DNA of 64,000 nucleotides from a bacterium (GCA_037139515.1 JBAXGH010000002.1:17727-81726), one strand, 5' to 3'. Shown: positions 36,767-46,276, numbered from the stretch's first letter. Program-made: numbers and translations. Notes: generated by a model from the letters alone, not told the origin.

Positions 36767-37162
36767 ATGACCAGAGTTTTCAAACTATTATTCAAGATTT
36801 TTTGGCTCCCGGCGCTCGTTTTAGCCCTCCAATTGTGTCGCCAGAAATTCCTTTACGGGCATGACGACATCGACCCGATTGCGCATTTTTTTGGCGGTCT
36901 TGCCATCGCCCATAGCGCCTTTATAGTTGTAAAAGCTATCTACGGAAAGCTCAAAATCCCGACTCTATTCATGGCCACGTTCCTGATAATGTCAGGAGTC
37001 TATATCGGAGTTTTCTGGGAATGGTACGAATATATCCGATTTCACAATGATCCGACGATGGTGAATTGGCCCTGGTGGCCAGATACGCTCTATGATTTAT
37101 TCATGGACATGATAGGCGCCGGATCCTATGCTCTCACAGCCGCAATCAGAAAAAGAATTTAA
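36767..37162 (+). CDS. Hypothetical membrane protein (131 aa)
   Basis: Four hydrophobic helices (LPALVLALQL, FFGGLAIAHSAFIVV, LFMATFLIMSGVYIGVF, IGAGSYALTAAI). Confidence 0.45.
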   Translation: MTRVFKLLFKIFWLPALVLALQLCRQKFLYGHDDIDPIAHFFGGLAIAHSAFIVVKAIYGKLKIPTLFMATFLIMSGVYIGVFWEWYEYIRFHNDPTMVNWPWWPDTLYDLFMDMIGAGSYALTAAIRKRI

Positions 37163-37203
37163 TTTCCCTTGACATATCAATCAATCAGGCGTAGCCTTGT
37201 GCT

Positions 37204-37280
37204 CGCGGGGTAGAGCAGCCTGGCAGCTCGTCGGGCCCATAACCCGGAGGTCGTTGGTTCAAATCCAACCCCCGCAACCA
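37204..37280 (+). tRNA. Initiator tRNA-fMet (anticodon CAT), CCA encoded
   Basis: CGCGGGGTAGAGCAGCCTGGCAGCTCGTCGGGCCCATAACCCGGAGGTCGTTGGTTCAAATCCAACCCCCGCAACCA. C1:A72 mismatch and three G:C pairs closing the anticodon stem mark it as an initiator. Position 33 is C rather than the usual U. A terminator-like hairpin CGTGG-ataaa-CCACG with T run follows at 37288-37313. Confidence 0.8.
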
Positions 37281-37315
37281 AAAACACTCGTGGATAAACC
37301 ACGGGTATTTTTGTA

Positions 37316-37343
37316 TTAAAAAACCGCCAGAAGCCCGGCGGGT
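37316..37343 (-). terminator. Terminator of paralog 1
   Basis: CCGCC-agaagccc-GGCGG followed by a T run on the minus strand. The same motif recurs after paralog 2. Confidence 0.45.
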
Positions 37344-37360
37344 AACTCGGAACCGAATCG

Positions 37361-38008
37361 CTATTTTTTCACCTTGAGCAGGATTTTCTCTTCTGGTCCA
37401 AGCACGAGCTCGGTGTCGCCAGGCTCTTCGAATCCGAAGTCGAAAGATGTCACGATTTGCGAGGGCATTCTTTTCCGCGTGATGACGGCGTAGAATCTCT
37501 CAAGGATCGACTTGTCGAAATCCGGCAAACCAGCCGCATGACGTTTCTGCTGATCAACGTGGGTATAAAACGCCTCAGGAAAGAATCTGAGATTCCTTCT
37601 ATCTATCGGCGCAATAACCCGAACATCGCCCTCTTCAATCGGCAGGAAATAACCGAAAAAGAAATCTAGAACTCCGAAACGAACAAACTCACTCTCGTTT
37701 TCGGAAACCTTTTTGATGAGCTCCCGAAGACTGCCGCCATTCGAAAAACCAAGCTCCGTCATGCTCGCGACCGCGAATTTGAAGCTCAAACCGCTGTAGT
37801 TGCGGATTTTTTCATTGCCCGCCTTTATCAGCTTGCTAAACGACACCTTCCGATTACAGAGTCTCGGCTTGGAAAGGTTTCCCCAATGGAGACGGTGCTC
37901 AAGACACCCGCAACTCAAGGGCAGCGCAAGGAGAGATAGCTGCAAATCTCCAAACATGGCTGTCTCTGTCTCACTCTCTTCATCAACCCGGGTCTCTTTC
38001 AGTAACAT
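37361..38008 (-). CDS. Hypothetical protein, tandem paralog 1 (215 aa)
   Basis: RBS AAAGGAG before ATG. C-terminal 120 aa are ~80 % identical to the next gene (GLPDFDKSILERFYAVITRKRMPS...LGPEEKILLKVKK). I recognise no family. Confidence 0.6.
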   Translation of the reverse strand: MLLKETRVDEESETETAMFGDLQLSLLALPLSCGCLEHRLHWGNLSKPRLCNRKVSFSKLIKAGNEKIRNYSGLSFKFAVASMTELGFSNGGSLRELIKKVSENESEFVRFGVLDFFFGYFLPIEEGDVRVIAPIDRRNLRFFPEAFYTHVDQQKRHAAGLPDFDKSILERFYAVITRKRMPSQIVTSFDFGFEEPGDTELVLGPEEKILLKVKK

Positions 38009-38162
38009 GAGGACTCCTTTTTGGCTGTTGGTCGTCCAAAGCTTGGCACCATAGAGCTATTCTGTCAAGCCGGAGACATCGGCTCTTATGCGTAGCAATT
38101 GCGTTGTGAAATAGGCTGGTTTGAACATGAAAGGATTCGGGGAACCACAGGAAATTTTACAT

Positions 38163-38192
38163 AAAAAAAAATCCGCCAGAAGCCCGGCGGGC
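38163..38192 (-). terminator. Terminator of paralog 2 (duplicate of the 37316-37343 motif)
   Basis: AAAAAATCCGCCAGAAGCCCGGCGG. Confidence 0.45.
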
Positions 38193-38209
38193 AACTCAGA
38201 ACCGAACCC

Positions 38210-38845
38210 CTACTTCTTCACCTTGAGCAGAATCTTCTCCTCTGGACCAAGCCTGAGCTCAGCATCGCCAGGCTCTTCTAACCTGATGTGAAAATGCGTT
38301 ACGATCCGCGACGGCATTCTTTTCCGCGTGATGACGGCGTAGAACCTTTCGAGAATGGACTTGTCGAAGTCCGGAAGCCCTGATTCTCGACGCTTTCTCT
38401 GATCTTCGACCGTGTAAAACGAATCCGGCGAGTATCTCAGACTGTCTCGAGTTATCGGCATGACAACCTGATCACCATCCTCCTCAATCGGAAAGACGTG
38501 ACCGAAGAACGAATCCGCTGACCCGAAAAGAGCGAACTCGCCTCCTCCCTCAGAAACCTTCCCGACCAGCTCCCGAAGACTTCCACCACTCGGAAAACCA
38601 AGCTCGGCCATGCTCACGACGGCGCACCTGACGCTATATCTGTCGAGCGTATTTTCTTTCACCCTCATGAGCTGGCTGAAAGAAATACTTTGCCCGCAAA
38701 GTCTTGGCGTAGGTGGCGTTATTCTGAGAAAATACTCAAGATCTTCACAGCCCATGGGTTTTGGAAAACAAGCCATAGGCACGATTCCGTAGGCAACCGC
38801 TTTACGAGCATTTTTCGCATCAACGAAGATTTCTTTCCGCAGCAT
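38210..38845 (-). CDS. Hypothetical protein, tandem paralog 2 (start set to the MLRKEI ATG with AAGGAGAG RBS; the ORF track allows 38911)
   Basis: Paralogous to 37361-38008. The proposed start has the same RBS context as paralog 1. Confidence 0.55.
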   Translation of the reverse strand: MLRKEIFVDAKNARKAVAYGIVPMACFPKPMGCEDLEYFLRITPPTPRLCGQSISFSQLMRVKENTLDRYSVRCAVVSMAELGFPSGGSLRELVGKVSEGGGEFALFGSADSFFGHVFPIEEDGDQVVMPITRDSLRYSPDSFYTVEDQRKRRESGLPDFDKSILERFYAVITRKRMPSRIVTHFHIRLEEPGDAELRLGPEEKILLKVKK

Positions 38846-38990
38846 GGACTCTCCTTTTTGGCTGTTCGGCATTGAAACCTTGGCACTACACAGCCATTTC
38901 GTCAAGTCCACAGCCTTGACTTCGGCCTTATTTCATGATAGCTTGCTGAGCATCCAAGTTAGGCCAAAAAACTAACCCCAGGAGGCACTT

Positions 38991-39203
38991 TTGGACTCAA
39001 ACGAACACGACGAAAACCTGGAAAACAAGTTGGAGTTCTTGTACGCCTGTCTGCACAAGAACTTCGCCCTCGGAGACAAGGTTCTCCCGAAGCTTCAAGG
39101 GACACTCACGGACCTCACGACCGTGAATCACAACTACAACCTCTACAAGTTGGACCCGACTTCGGAATACCTGACAATCATGCGTGATACGCTCATGAAG
39201 TAG
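38991..39203 (+). CDS. Small hypothetical protein (70 aa), TTG start
   Basis: AGGAGG 9 nt upstream of TTG. Elevated GC. No recognisable family. Confidence 0.35.
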   Translation: MDSNEHDENLENKLEFLYACLHKNFALGDKVLPKLQGTLTDLTTVNHNYNLYKLDPTSEYLTIMRDTLMK

Positions 39204-39271
39204 CCGTCGCGCCTCAAACAAAACGCTAGCCCGAGAAATCCGGACTGGCGCATTTTATTTAGTGATAATTA

Positions 39272-40453
39272 TTACCCCATCATCGCGCGGTGCAAGGCTG
39301 CGAGCGTCGCTTTAGCTGTTTTTTCCCAAGTGAATTCCGCCGCCCGTTTCTTCCCTACTTCTCCGAAGTGTTTTCGCGAAGTTTCATCGCGAAGCAGACG
39401 CGCCATACCAAGATACATCTCGTTCGTGAATTCCGGATCGACAAGAAGCCCCGCGTTCCCGACAAGCTCCGGAATCGCACCGCGGTTTGCGGCAAGCACC
39501 GGTGTCCCGACGCTCATCGCTTCCAAAACAGGTAAACCAAAATCCTCGAATAAAACCGGATACGCAAAAATCTCGGCGCGTTCAAGCAAATCCCACTTTT
39601 CTTCGGCGCTCACGTATCCCAAATAGCGAATCGCGCGCCGGCCGAGAATCCCCTGAAGTTCGTCGTTAAAGATTTCCATTTCTTCGAAAACAAAATCACT
39701 TCCCGCGCCCTTAGCGCCAGCAATCGCAAGTGACAAATCTGTCGAATCATTCGCATGTTCCCGACACTCGCGCACAAAAGCCGACATCAACCCGTGAAGA
39801 TTTTTGCGCGGTTCAATCGTGCCCAGGAAGAAAACAAATCTCTCCGGCAAACCAAATTTGATGCGCGAGTCATATGTACGGTTTTCAACATTCGGCGTCT
39901 CCTCGACCGTTCCGTCCGACAAAGTAAAGTGAAATTGCGGAGTCACGCCACACGGGATCACTTCGATTTTTTCCGGTTTGATTTTTAAAGCTTTCACCGC
40001 TTCGTGTTTTGCATATTCCGAAAACACAATCACCCGCGATGCTTTTGAAGCTGCGAAACCTTCTGGACTATGCGGCAATAAACCGTAGACTTCGTGTAAA
40101 ACCACAACCTTTTTGCCCATAAAACCTCCAGCAGCCGCTTCACCCGAAGGCTCAAGCAGAACATCCAGCCGCTCTTTCGCGTAGAGCGCCGGCAGAAAAA
40201 CTCCGGTATAAAAATCCGGCAAGTGCTTGCGATATTCGTGAAACGGAAAATGCTTGATCGTGACATTCGGCGCCGCACCCAAAAACTCTCGCACAGCAGC
40301 GAGCGAAACATTGGTATCAAAAAACAAAACGTAGCGATTCGCGGGATCGTTTTTAACGAGAGCCTCAACCAAACAATAAGTGTAATGCCCCACCCCGGCC
40401 GATTCACCAAAACCGGGATTCAAAATAGTCCGGCAATCAATACCGATTTTCAT
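39272..40453 (-). CDS. Family 4 (GT1-fold) glycosyltransferase
   Basis: EDFGLPVLEAMSVGTPVLAANRGAIPELVGNAGLLVDP C-terminal GT4 motif. Confidence 0.8.
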   Translation of the reverse strand: MKIGIDCRTILNPGFGESAGVGHYTYCLVEALVKNDPANRYVLFFDTNVSLAAVREFLGAAPNVTIKHFPFHEYRKHLPDFYTGVFLPALYAKERLDVLLEPSGEAAAGGFMGKKVVVLHEVYGLLPHSPEGFAASKASRVIVFSEYAKHEAVKALKIKPEKIEVIPCGVTPQFHFTLSDGTVEETPNVENRTYDSRIKFGLPERFVFFLGTIEPRKNLHGLMSAFVRECREHANDSTDLSLAIAGAKGAGSDFVFEEMEIFNDELQGILGRRAIRYLGYVSAEEKWDLLERAEIFAYPVLFEDFGLPVLEAMSVGTPVLAANRGAIPELVGNAGLLVDPEFTNEMYLGMARLLRDETSRKHFGEVGKKRAAEFTWEKTAKATLAALHRAMMG

Positions 40454-40516
40454 ATGCAGGTATTGTACCAGCTCCTAAACCAAAACTGGATCCCTCGGCT
40501 TCGAGATGACAACAAG

Positions 40517-41002
40517 TTAAAAAATCCTGATAAGCCCGAGGGTTGCAAAAGTCACAATCAGACCGGCGCCGACAATGCCGAGTATCATCGAAATAATGGT
40601 GATTCTTTTCGGCAAACCCATGACATGAGCGGCGGCAGCGCCAGTCCAGGCGCCGGTTAAAGGCAATGGAATTGCGATAAAAATAGCCAAACCAATTGCG
40701 CCATACTTCGCATGCGTACCAGCAAAAGACTTTCTGGCCCGCGCCAAATATCTTTGCACGATTAAGTTGCACGATGGCAATCTTTTAACGCAGAACGATT
40801 CGATCGGCTGAAGAGAATATAAAAACAAAATCGAAAGCGCAGCGTTCCCGATGATTGCCCAAAGAAACGCCGAAACCGCGCTCAGGTGCAAAACCTGCAT
40901 GCCGAATGGAATGCCAGCGCGCAACTCAACTACCGGAAGTCCGCTTAAAACCGCGGTCACAAGCTCCGGCGGAAAAAAATTCATTATGTCTGTGAGATTC
41001 AT
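40517..41002 (-). CDS. Small polytopic membrane protein (putative small multidrug export, PF06695-like)
   Basis: 161 aa with 4 TM helices. ELRAGIPFG motif. Family assignment from memory only. Confidence 0.4.
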   Translation of the reverse strand: MNLTDIMNFFPPELVTAVLSGLPVVELRAGIPFGMQVLHLSAVSAFLWAIIGNAALSILFLYSLQPIESFCVKRLPSCNLIVQRYLARARKSFAGTHAKYGAIGLAIFIAIPLPLTGAWTGAAAAHVMGLPKRITIISMILGIVGAGLIVTFATLGLIRIF

Positions 41003-41961
41003 AATTCCCAGGTAAAAGCATCAAAAGTCCAAACCGCGAGGGATTTTACTTCTTGAAACCTAAGCTCGTGAGCCGTCGCTCCAAGCACGATAATATCAAT
41101 CGTGTGTCCGCCGTACTTCACCGCCTGTGCCAGACAATATCCAGCCTCGTCTATAAAACCGGTTTTTCCACCGATGATTCCGTATGGCTTGCGATCCAAA
41201 AAAGTTCCGAGAAGCTCATTCGTCACGTCGACTTTATATTTTTTTCCGGCTTTTGAAACTATGCTGATGCTCGGCGAAGTGGTGGCGCGGCGAATATCAG
41301 CATATTGCATAGCCGCCCGCAGCATTTTTTCAACTCCGAGCGCGGTCGACTGATTTAGAGCGTTCAGCCCCGTCGGTTCCACAAAATTCGCGTCAATCCC
41401 CAGCTCTTCCGCCTTAGCATTCATGCGCGCCACAAAATATTCACGCGTTAAACCACTGGTTCGCACAAGCGCCGCAACCACATTGTTTGATGAAGCGCCG
41501 AGCGCCACCTGAAACAATTCACCGCGGGTAAAAACATCTCCAGGTTCAAAATGATACTTGCCGACCGACTGGCGGTCATCTTCGGACATCTCAATTTCCG
41601 TCTTCGGATTGAGCTTTAAATCCTCATAGACAAGCGCCGTCATGAGTTTTGTGAGACTCGCGAGCGTGCGCTTTTCACCGATATTCTTTGAAAATAATAC
41701 TCGACCGGTATCAGCATCGACCACAATTGCGGAAGGCGCCGTAAGCTCAATCCCCAAACGACGCGGATCTTTTTTATGCGGCAAAACACTGTCAGCCATC
41801 GGAAAACTGTTTCTAAAAGCAGCTTTAAAAATCGAAGTTTGCGGGGTATCCACGACAAAATCGACACGCGCGAGTTCCGCCTGGGCATCATAAACCTGCG
41901 CGCCCTGAGCAATCAGGACGAAAAGCGCTGCGATTGCGATGTGGCGCAGATGATGACGCAT
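40999..41961 (-). CDS. D-alanyl-D-alanine carboxypeptidase (peptidase S11, PBP5/DacA-like)
   Basis: SLTK (SxxK), SSNN (SxN) and GGKTGF (KTG) motifs in the correct order. Signal peptide. Confidence 0.8.
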   Translation of the reverse strand: MRHHLRHIAIAALFVLIAQGAQVYDAQAELARVDFVVDTPQTSIFKAAFRNSFPMADSVLPHKKDPRRLGIELTAPSAIVVDADTGRVLFSKNIGEKRTLASLTKLMTALVYEDLKLNPKTEIEMSEDDRQSVGKYHFEPGDVFTRGELFQVALGASSNNVVAALVRTSGLTREYFVARMNAKAEELGIDANFVEPTGLNALNQSTALGVEKMLRAAMQYADIRRATTSPSISIVSKAGKKYKVDVTNELLGTFLDRKPYGIIGGKTGFIDEAGYCLAQAVKYGGHTIDIIVLGATAHELRFQEVKSLAVWTFDAFTWEL

Positions 41962-41965
41962 GGGG

Positions 41966-42010
41966 TGGGGGTTAGAGCTTAGAGATTAGAGGTTAGAGCT
42001 TAGGGAAACA
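41966..42010. repeat. TTAGAGCTTAGAG-family repeat, copy 2 (overlaps the scpB 3' end)
   Basis: GTTAGAGCTTAGAGATTAGAGGTTAGAGCTTAGGGAAACATTTTT. The reverse complement of the copy at 56745-56783 carries the same AAAATGTTTCCCTAAGCTCTAA module. Confidence 0.6.
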
Positions 42011-42594
42011 TTTTTCGGGCCTTCATTTTCGGGTACGGCTTTCAGTTCGCTCAGCGCTCTTTCCAAATCCGGATGATGACGCAGCGTTTCGTATTCCGGC
42101 AAAGTCGCGACCCCGGTCACGCCCAAGTGCCCAAGGAATGCATGCGTCACCTGATAGGTCAGTTCCCCGTTCGCATTTTGAATCTCTTCAATCAGCCCAC
42201 GTACAAGCAGGTTTCGAATGATGAGCGCGCAGTTCACGCCGCGGATTTGTTCCATTTCCGGCTTCGTGACCGGACCTCGATAGCTTATGACGGCAAGTGT
42301 TTCGAGCGCCGGTCGCGTGAGTTCCCCGTGTTCATCGGCGCGCAAAAACTTTTTTACCACTTCCGCTGATTCCGGCGCCGTACCGAGCGACAGCTTATCA
42401 GCGTGCAAAATCAATCTTAAACCGGAATTTTCTTGATTATATTTCTTTTCGATTTCGATAATCGCTGCGTTCACCGCGTCTATTTCAGCACCCAAAATTC
42501 TCACTAACTCAAAAGGCGAAACCGGTTTAACGGCGACAAATAAGATCGATTCGATTTGAGATGAGAGAGACATACCCGGTTCGTCATCCTGCAT
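41986..42594 (-). CDS. scpB: Segregation and condensation protein B
   Basis: Tandem winged-helix ScpB pattern (ILFVAVKPVSPFEL...PLETLAVISYRGPVTKPEMEQIRGVN). Confidence 0.8.
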   Translation of the reverse strand: MQDDEPGMSLSSQIESILFVAVKPVSPFELVRILGAEIDAVNAAIIEIEKKYNQENSGLRLILHADKLSLGTAPESAEVVKKFLRADEHGELTRPALETLAVISYRGPVTKPEMEQIRGVNCALIIRNLLVRGLIEEIQNANGELTYQVTHAFLGHLGVTGVATLPEYETLRHHPDLERALSELKAVPENEGPKNVSLSSNL

Positions 42595-42664
42595 TCAGTG
42601 TTGTCATCCCGAAGCCGAGGGATCTTGGCGTTCTTGATGTTTCGCTGTGCTCAACATGACAACT

Positions 42665-43426
42665 TTAGTGTTCTGACTTTTTTATTAAGATATCACAAAA
42701 CGCCGCTTCCTGCTCGACATGCACGACCCGTTGTTTAACAAGTTCAAGAAGTGCCAAAAAGCTCACTACGACGTCGCCCTTCGATTCCGCATCACTCAGA
42801 TACTCATGAAAAGCCATGGTGGTGCGCTCATGAATCATGCGTTCGAGTTGTTCCATTTTTTCGGCGAGCGAAACCACCCGACGCACCCGAGTTTCTTCAA
42901 GATTCGCAAATGGTTTCAAGCGCGCTACGACGGCCGCGAAAGCTTCGCGCAAAGTCGCTGCCGTTGAGTTATTCGACGGCGCGAATTTCGGACCTTCGTC
43001 GAGCACAAAAGTTTTCTCACGCGCAAAAAGTCTGCCATCTTTCTTCCACATCTGCTCAAGCTTTTTCGAAGCCGCCAGAAAATCACGATAAATCTTGAGT
43101 TGGGTTTCCAAGTCGAAACCGGATTCAGCTTCCAACTCCGGATCCGGCAATAACAATGATGACTTTAAATACAATAAACGCGTGGCGACAACCAAAAAAT
43201 CAGCCATCTCATGAGGCATTTTCTCCTCAATAGAATTCAGATGCGCTAAATACTCTTCGGTCACTTTTGCAAGCGAGACTTTGGTAATATCAAGCTTCTC
43301 CTTGTCGATTAATTCAAGGAGAAGTTCGAGCGGACCCGAAAAATGTTCGTGCGTGAATTGATATGGCACAAAAACTGACGACATCGTGTAACTTGTATCC
43401 TGTATCGATGACAGTTGACGATACAT
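42665..43426 (-). CDS. scpA: Segregation and condensation protein A
   Basis: FSGPLELLLELIDKEKLDITKVSLAKVTEEYL kleisin N-terminal motif. Confidence 0.8.
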   Translation of the reverse strand: MYRQLSSIQDTSYTMSSVFVPYQFTHEHFSGPLELLLELIDKEKLDITKVSLAKVTEEYLAHLNSIEEKMPHEMADFLVVATRLLYLKSSLLLPDPELEAESGFDLETQLKIYRDFLAASKKLEQMWKKDGRLFAREKTFVLDEGPKFAPSNNSTAATLREAFAAVVARLKPFANLEETRVRRVVSLAEKMEQLERMIHERTTMAFHEYLSDAESKGDVVVSFLALLELVKQRVVHVEQEAAFCDILIKKSEH

Positions 43427-43444
43427 GATGCACGATACACGAAG

Positions 43445-44893
43445 TTATTTTTTCTCCTGAGCGCGAACCGCGGCCTGAGAAAGTCTGATATGAACCTCAT
43501 CGAGCGCCTTGTCTGGCATCGGAGCTGGAGCATTCATCATCAAATCCTTAGCATCGCCGGTTTTTGGGAACGGAATTACTTCGCGAATATTTTCTTCATT
43601 CGCGAGAATCATAATCATTCGGTCAATGCCGGACGCGATTCCGCCGTGTGGCGGCGCTCCAAATTCAAAGGCCTCAAGCATATGTCCGAACCGTTCACGA
43701 ATTGTAGTTTCATCGAGTCCGAGAATCTGAAAAACCTTATTCTGCAATTCGCGTTTGTGAATGCGCATCGATCCACCAAAAACCTCATTCCCGTTCAAAA
43801 CCAAATCATAAGCATTAGCGCGAGCCCTCAGAGGCTCGGTCTCGAGAAGATGAGCATCTTCCGGAAGCGGCGAAGTGAACGGATGATGAACCGCCTGAAT
43901 AGAACCATCATCGGCTTTTTCAAACATCGGAAAATCAACCACCCATTCAAAAGCGAGCAAGTTTTTATCAGCTTTATCTGCGCGGAAATCAGGCTTATCA
44001 TTGCCGTATTTTTCCATCGCATCTTTATACGTGATGCGTGGGAATGGCGCCGACTGGATTTTCTTTTCCGGTGCCACAGTTTTAACAAGCTCAAGCACCA
44101 TTTCCTCGACGAGCTTCAAGATATCCTCTTGCGAAGCAAAAGAAAGCTCCATATCGAGCTGGGTGAATTCCGGCTGACGGTCGCCGCGCTGATCTTCGTC
44201 ACGAAAACAACGCGCCACTTGAAAATATCGCTCGACACCTGCCACCATCAATAGCTGCTTGAATTGCTGCGGCGATTGCGGCAACACATACATCGAACCG
44301 GGATGGATACGCGACGGCACCAAAAACTCGCGCGAACCTTCCGGCGTGCCTTTTGTAAGATACGGAGTCTCGATTTCGATGAAATCTTTTTTATGCAAAT
44401 AATCGCGAAAGAAAGTTTCGACTTTATCACGAAGCTTCAAATTTTTAAGCATTCTTTCGCTTCGCAAATCCAAATAGCGATATTTCAAACGCAATTCTTC
44501 GCCGACAAGCTTGGTATCTTTGTCGACTTCAAAAGCCGGGGTCTTCGACTCGTTCAAAACTTCAAGTTCGAGTGCGAGCATTTCAACCGTGCCGGTAACC
44601 ATATCCGGATTCACCTGCTTTGCCGGACGAGCATTGATTTTGCCTTTGATGGCCACGCAAAATTCGGAACGCAAAACGTTCGCAGAAGCTAGCAGTTCTT
44701 TATTATCGGGCGCAAAAACAACCTGAATCAAACCTGAGCGATCGCGTAAATCGATAAAAATCAACTTACCCATGTCGCGACGGCGATTGACCCAGCCCTT
44801 CAGCAACACTTCTTCGCCAACTTTTCCAACCGTTTCCGAGACAAAAATACGTTCCATATCATGATGGTTATATGCTCGAAAGTCTATCAACAA
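43445..44893 (-). CDS. aspS: Aspartyl-tRNA synthetase, short (GAD-less, archaeal/non-discriminating-type) form
   Basis: OB-fold N-terminus. Motif 2 FRDEDQRGDRQPEFTQLDME. Motif 3 GGIASGIDR. 482 aa. Confidence 0.85.
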   Translation of the reverse strand: MLIDFRAYNHHDMERIFVSETVGKVGEEVLLKGWVNRRRDMGKLIFIDLRDRSGLIQVVFAPDNKELLASANVLRSEFCVAIKGKINARPAKQVNPDMVTGTVEMLALELEVLNESKTPAFEVDKDTKLVGEELRLKYRYLDLRSERMLKNLKLRDKVETFFRDYLHKKDFIEIETPYLTKGTPEGSREFLVPSRIHPGSMYVLPQSPQQFKQLLMVAGVERYFQVARCFRDEDQRGDRQPEFTQLDMELSFASQEDILKLVEEMVLELVKTVAPEKKIQSAPFPRITYKDAMEKYGNDKPDFRADKADKNLLAFEWVVDFPMFEKADDGSIQAVHHPFTSPLPEDAHLLETEPLRARANAYDLVLNGNEVFGGSMRIHKRELQNKVFQILGLDETTIRERFGHMLEAFEFGAPPHGGIASGIDRMIMILANEENIREVIPFPKTGDAKDLMMNAPAPMPDKALDEVHIRLSQAAVRAQEKK

Positions 44894-44905
44894 AAAATCA
44901 AAAAA

Positions 44906-45961
44906 TCAAGAAATCAAAGCTTCCCACGGGAAACCTTCGCGACCGAAATGCCCATATGCTGAGGTTTTTTGATAGATTGGGCGGCGCAAATCAAGCCGCT
45001 CGATAATCGCCCGCGGCTTGAAGTCGAATTCACTCAAATATCGCGATAAATCTTCGCCATTTTCGTTAATCGCCGTAACCATCACCGGTTCCGCGCGACC
45101 GATTGCGTAGCCGACCGAAACCAGACATCGTTTTGCGAGTCCGCGCGCCACCAAGTTTTTTGCGACAAATCGGCACATGTAAGCGGCCGAGCGGTCAACT
45201 TTTGTCGGATCTTTGCCGGAGAAAGCTCCGCCACCATGAGGTGCTAATCCGCCATAAGTGTCAACCATGATTTTGCGTCCGGTTAAACCGGTATCGGCCT
45301 CAAAGCCGCCAAGCACAAACAAACCCGTCGGATTCACTAAGATTTCGACACCGCTCAAATCACCGACCACGGGCGCAATTAGCTTTTCGATAAGCGTGCG
45401 CTTGATTTCTTCCTGCGAAACCGCGGCATCATGCTGAGTACTCACGAGAACGCTCGTCACGCGATCGCCGTCAATCACCACCTGAGTTTTTCCATCTGGC
45501 TTGAGCCACCCAAGTTCGCCAGATTTTCGCAATCGCTCCAATCCGGCCGCTAGTTTCTGCACCAAAACCACCCCGCACGGCAAAAACTCCGGCGTTTCAT
45601 CACAGGCATATCCGTACATAATCCCCTGGTCGCCGGCGCCACCAGTATCGACGCCCTGCGCGATATCCGGCGACTGCTCGACGACACGCGTGATGATTTC
45701 AAGCGGCTCAAGATAACCAATCTCGTCGTAAACCGAGCGCGCGATTTTTTCATAATCCGGCTTCGCGAGTGTCGTAACTTCCCCGCCGACAATGAGTAAC
45801 CCGTGGCAACCAAAACTCTCGATTGCGACACGACTCTTCGGATCCTCACGCAAACAAGCATCCAAAACCGCATCGGAAATTTGATCGCAAACTTTATCAG
45901 GATGACCGGACGTAACACTTTCGACGGTATAAATGCGCGGCGAGTACATAAGCCAAAACAA
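44906..45961 (-). CDS. metK: S-adenosylmethionine synthetase
   Basis: ESVTSGHPDKVCDQISDAVLD and GGGAFSGKDPTKVDRSAAY motifs. Confidence 0.9.
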   Translation of the reverse strand: MFWLMYSPRIYTVESVTSGHPDKVCDQISDAVLDACLREDPKSRVAIESFGCHGLLIVGGEVTTLAKPDYEKIARSVYDEIGYLEPLEIITRVVEQSPDIAQGVDTGGAGDQGIMYGYACDETPEFLPCGVVLVQKLAAGLERLRKSGELGWLKPDGKTQVVIDGDRVTSVLVSTQHDAAVSQEEIKRTLIEKLIAPVVGDLSGVEILVNPTGLFVLGGFEADTGLTGRKIMVDTYGGLAPHGGGAFSGKDPTKVDRSAAYMCRFVAKNLVARGLAKRCLVSVGYAIGRAEPVMVTAINENGEDLSRYLSEFDFKPRAIIERLDLRRPIYQKTSAYGHFGREGFPWEALIS

Positions 45962-46028
45962 AAAAATTCTTCCGCAGAGAAAGAATGGTTAATAATTATC
46001 TTTCCTCTCGCGAGGTGAGAATTAGCAC

Positions 46029-46203
46029 ATTACGCGAGTAAGTCTGTTGCCATTTAAGCTTCTTGACCAAAATGATAGATTTCGAGCAAAGTCGACGGCT
46101 ATAAATATTTTTGTTTAGCCCGAGCTAAGCCAAAATATTTTTGCCTAGAGTTTGCCGAAAGATATCGCTTTGGTCTGGAGATTAAATGGCAACAGACTTA
46201 ACG
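46029..46203 (-). promoter_or_regulatory. metK 5' leader enclosed by a 20-bp perfect inverted repeat (candidate structured RNA or riboswitch-like element)
   Basis: GTAAGTCTGTTGCCATTTAAG at 46029-46049. Its reverse complement CTTAAATGGCAACAGACTTAC is at 46183-46203. Internal hairpins GCTTAGC-tcgg-GCTAA and AAAATATTTT in between. Confidence 0.3.
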
Positions 46204-46276
46204 AACCGCGTACGCTGCCAGCAGGTCATAGGGCTCAATCCCTCGCTGCTTCTTGATATATTCAGTTGTCCGAACA

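Noticed and set aside
43415-44254. 279-aa plus-strand ORF antisense to aspS
   Set aside because: aspS on the opposite strand has unmistakable class II aaRS motifs. The plus ORF shows low-complexity antisense composition.
45962-46276. Calling a SAM-I riboswitch upstream of metK
   Set aside because: I cannot identify the S-box consensus (kink-turn, P2-P4 conserved nucleotides) by eye. Kept only as an unclassified structured leader in findings.
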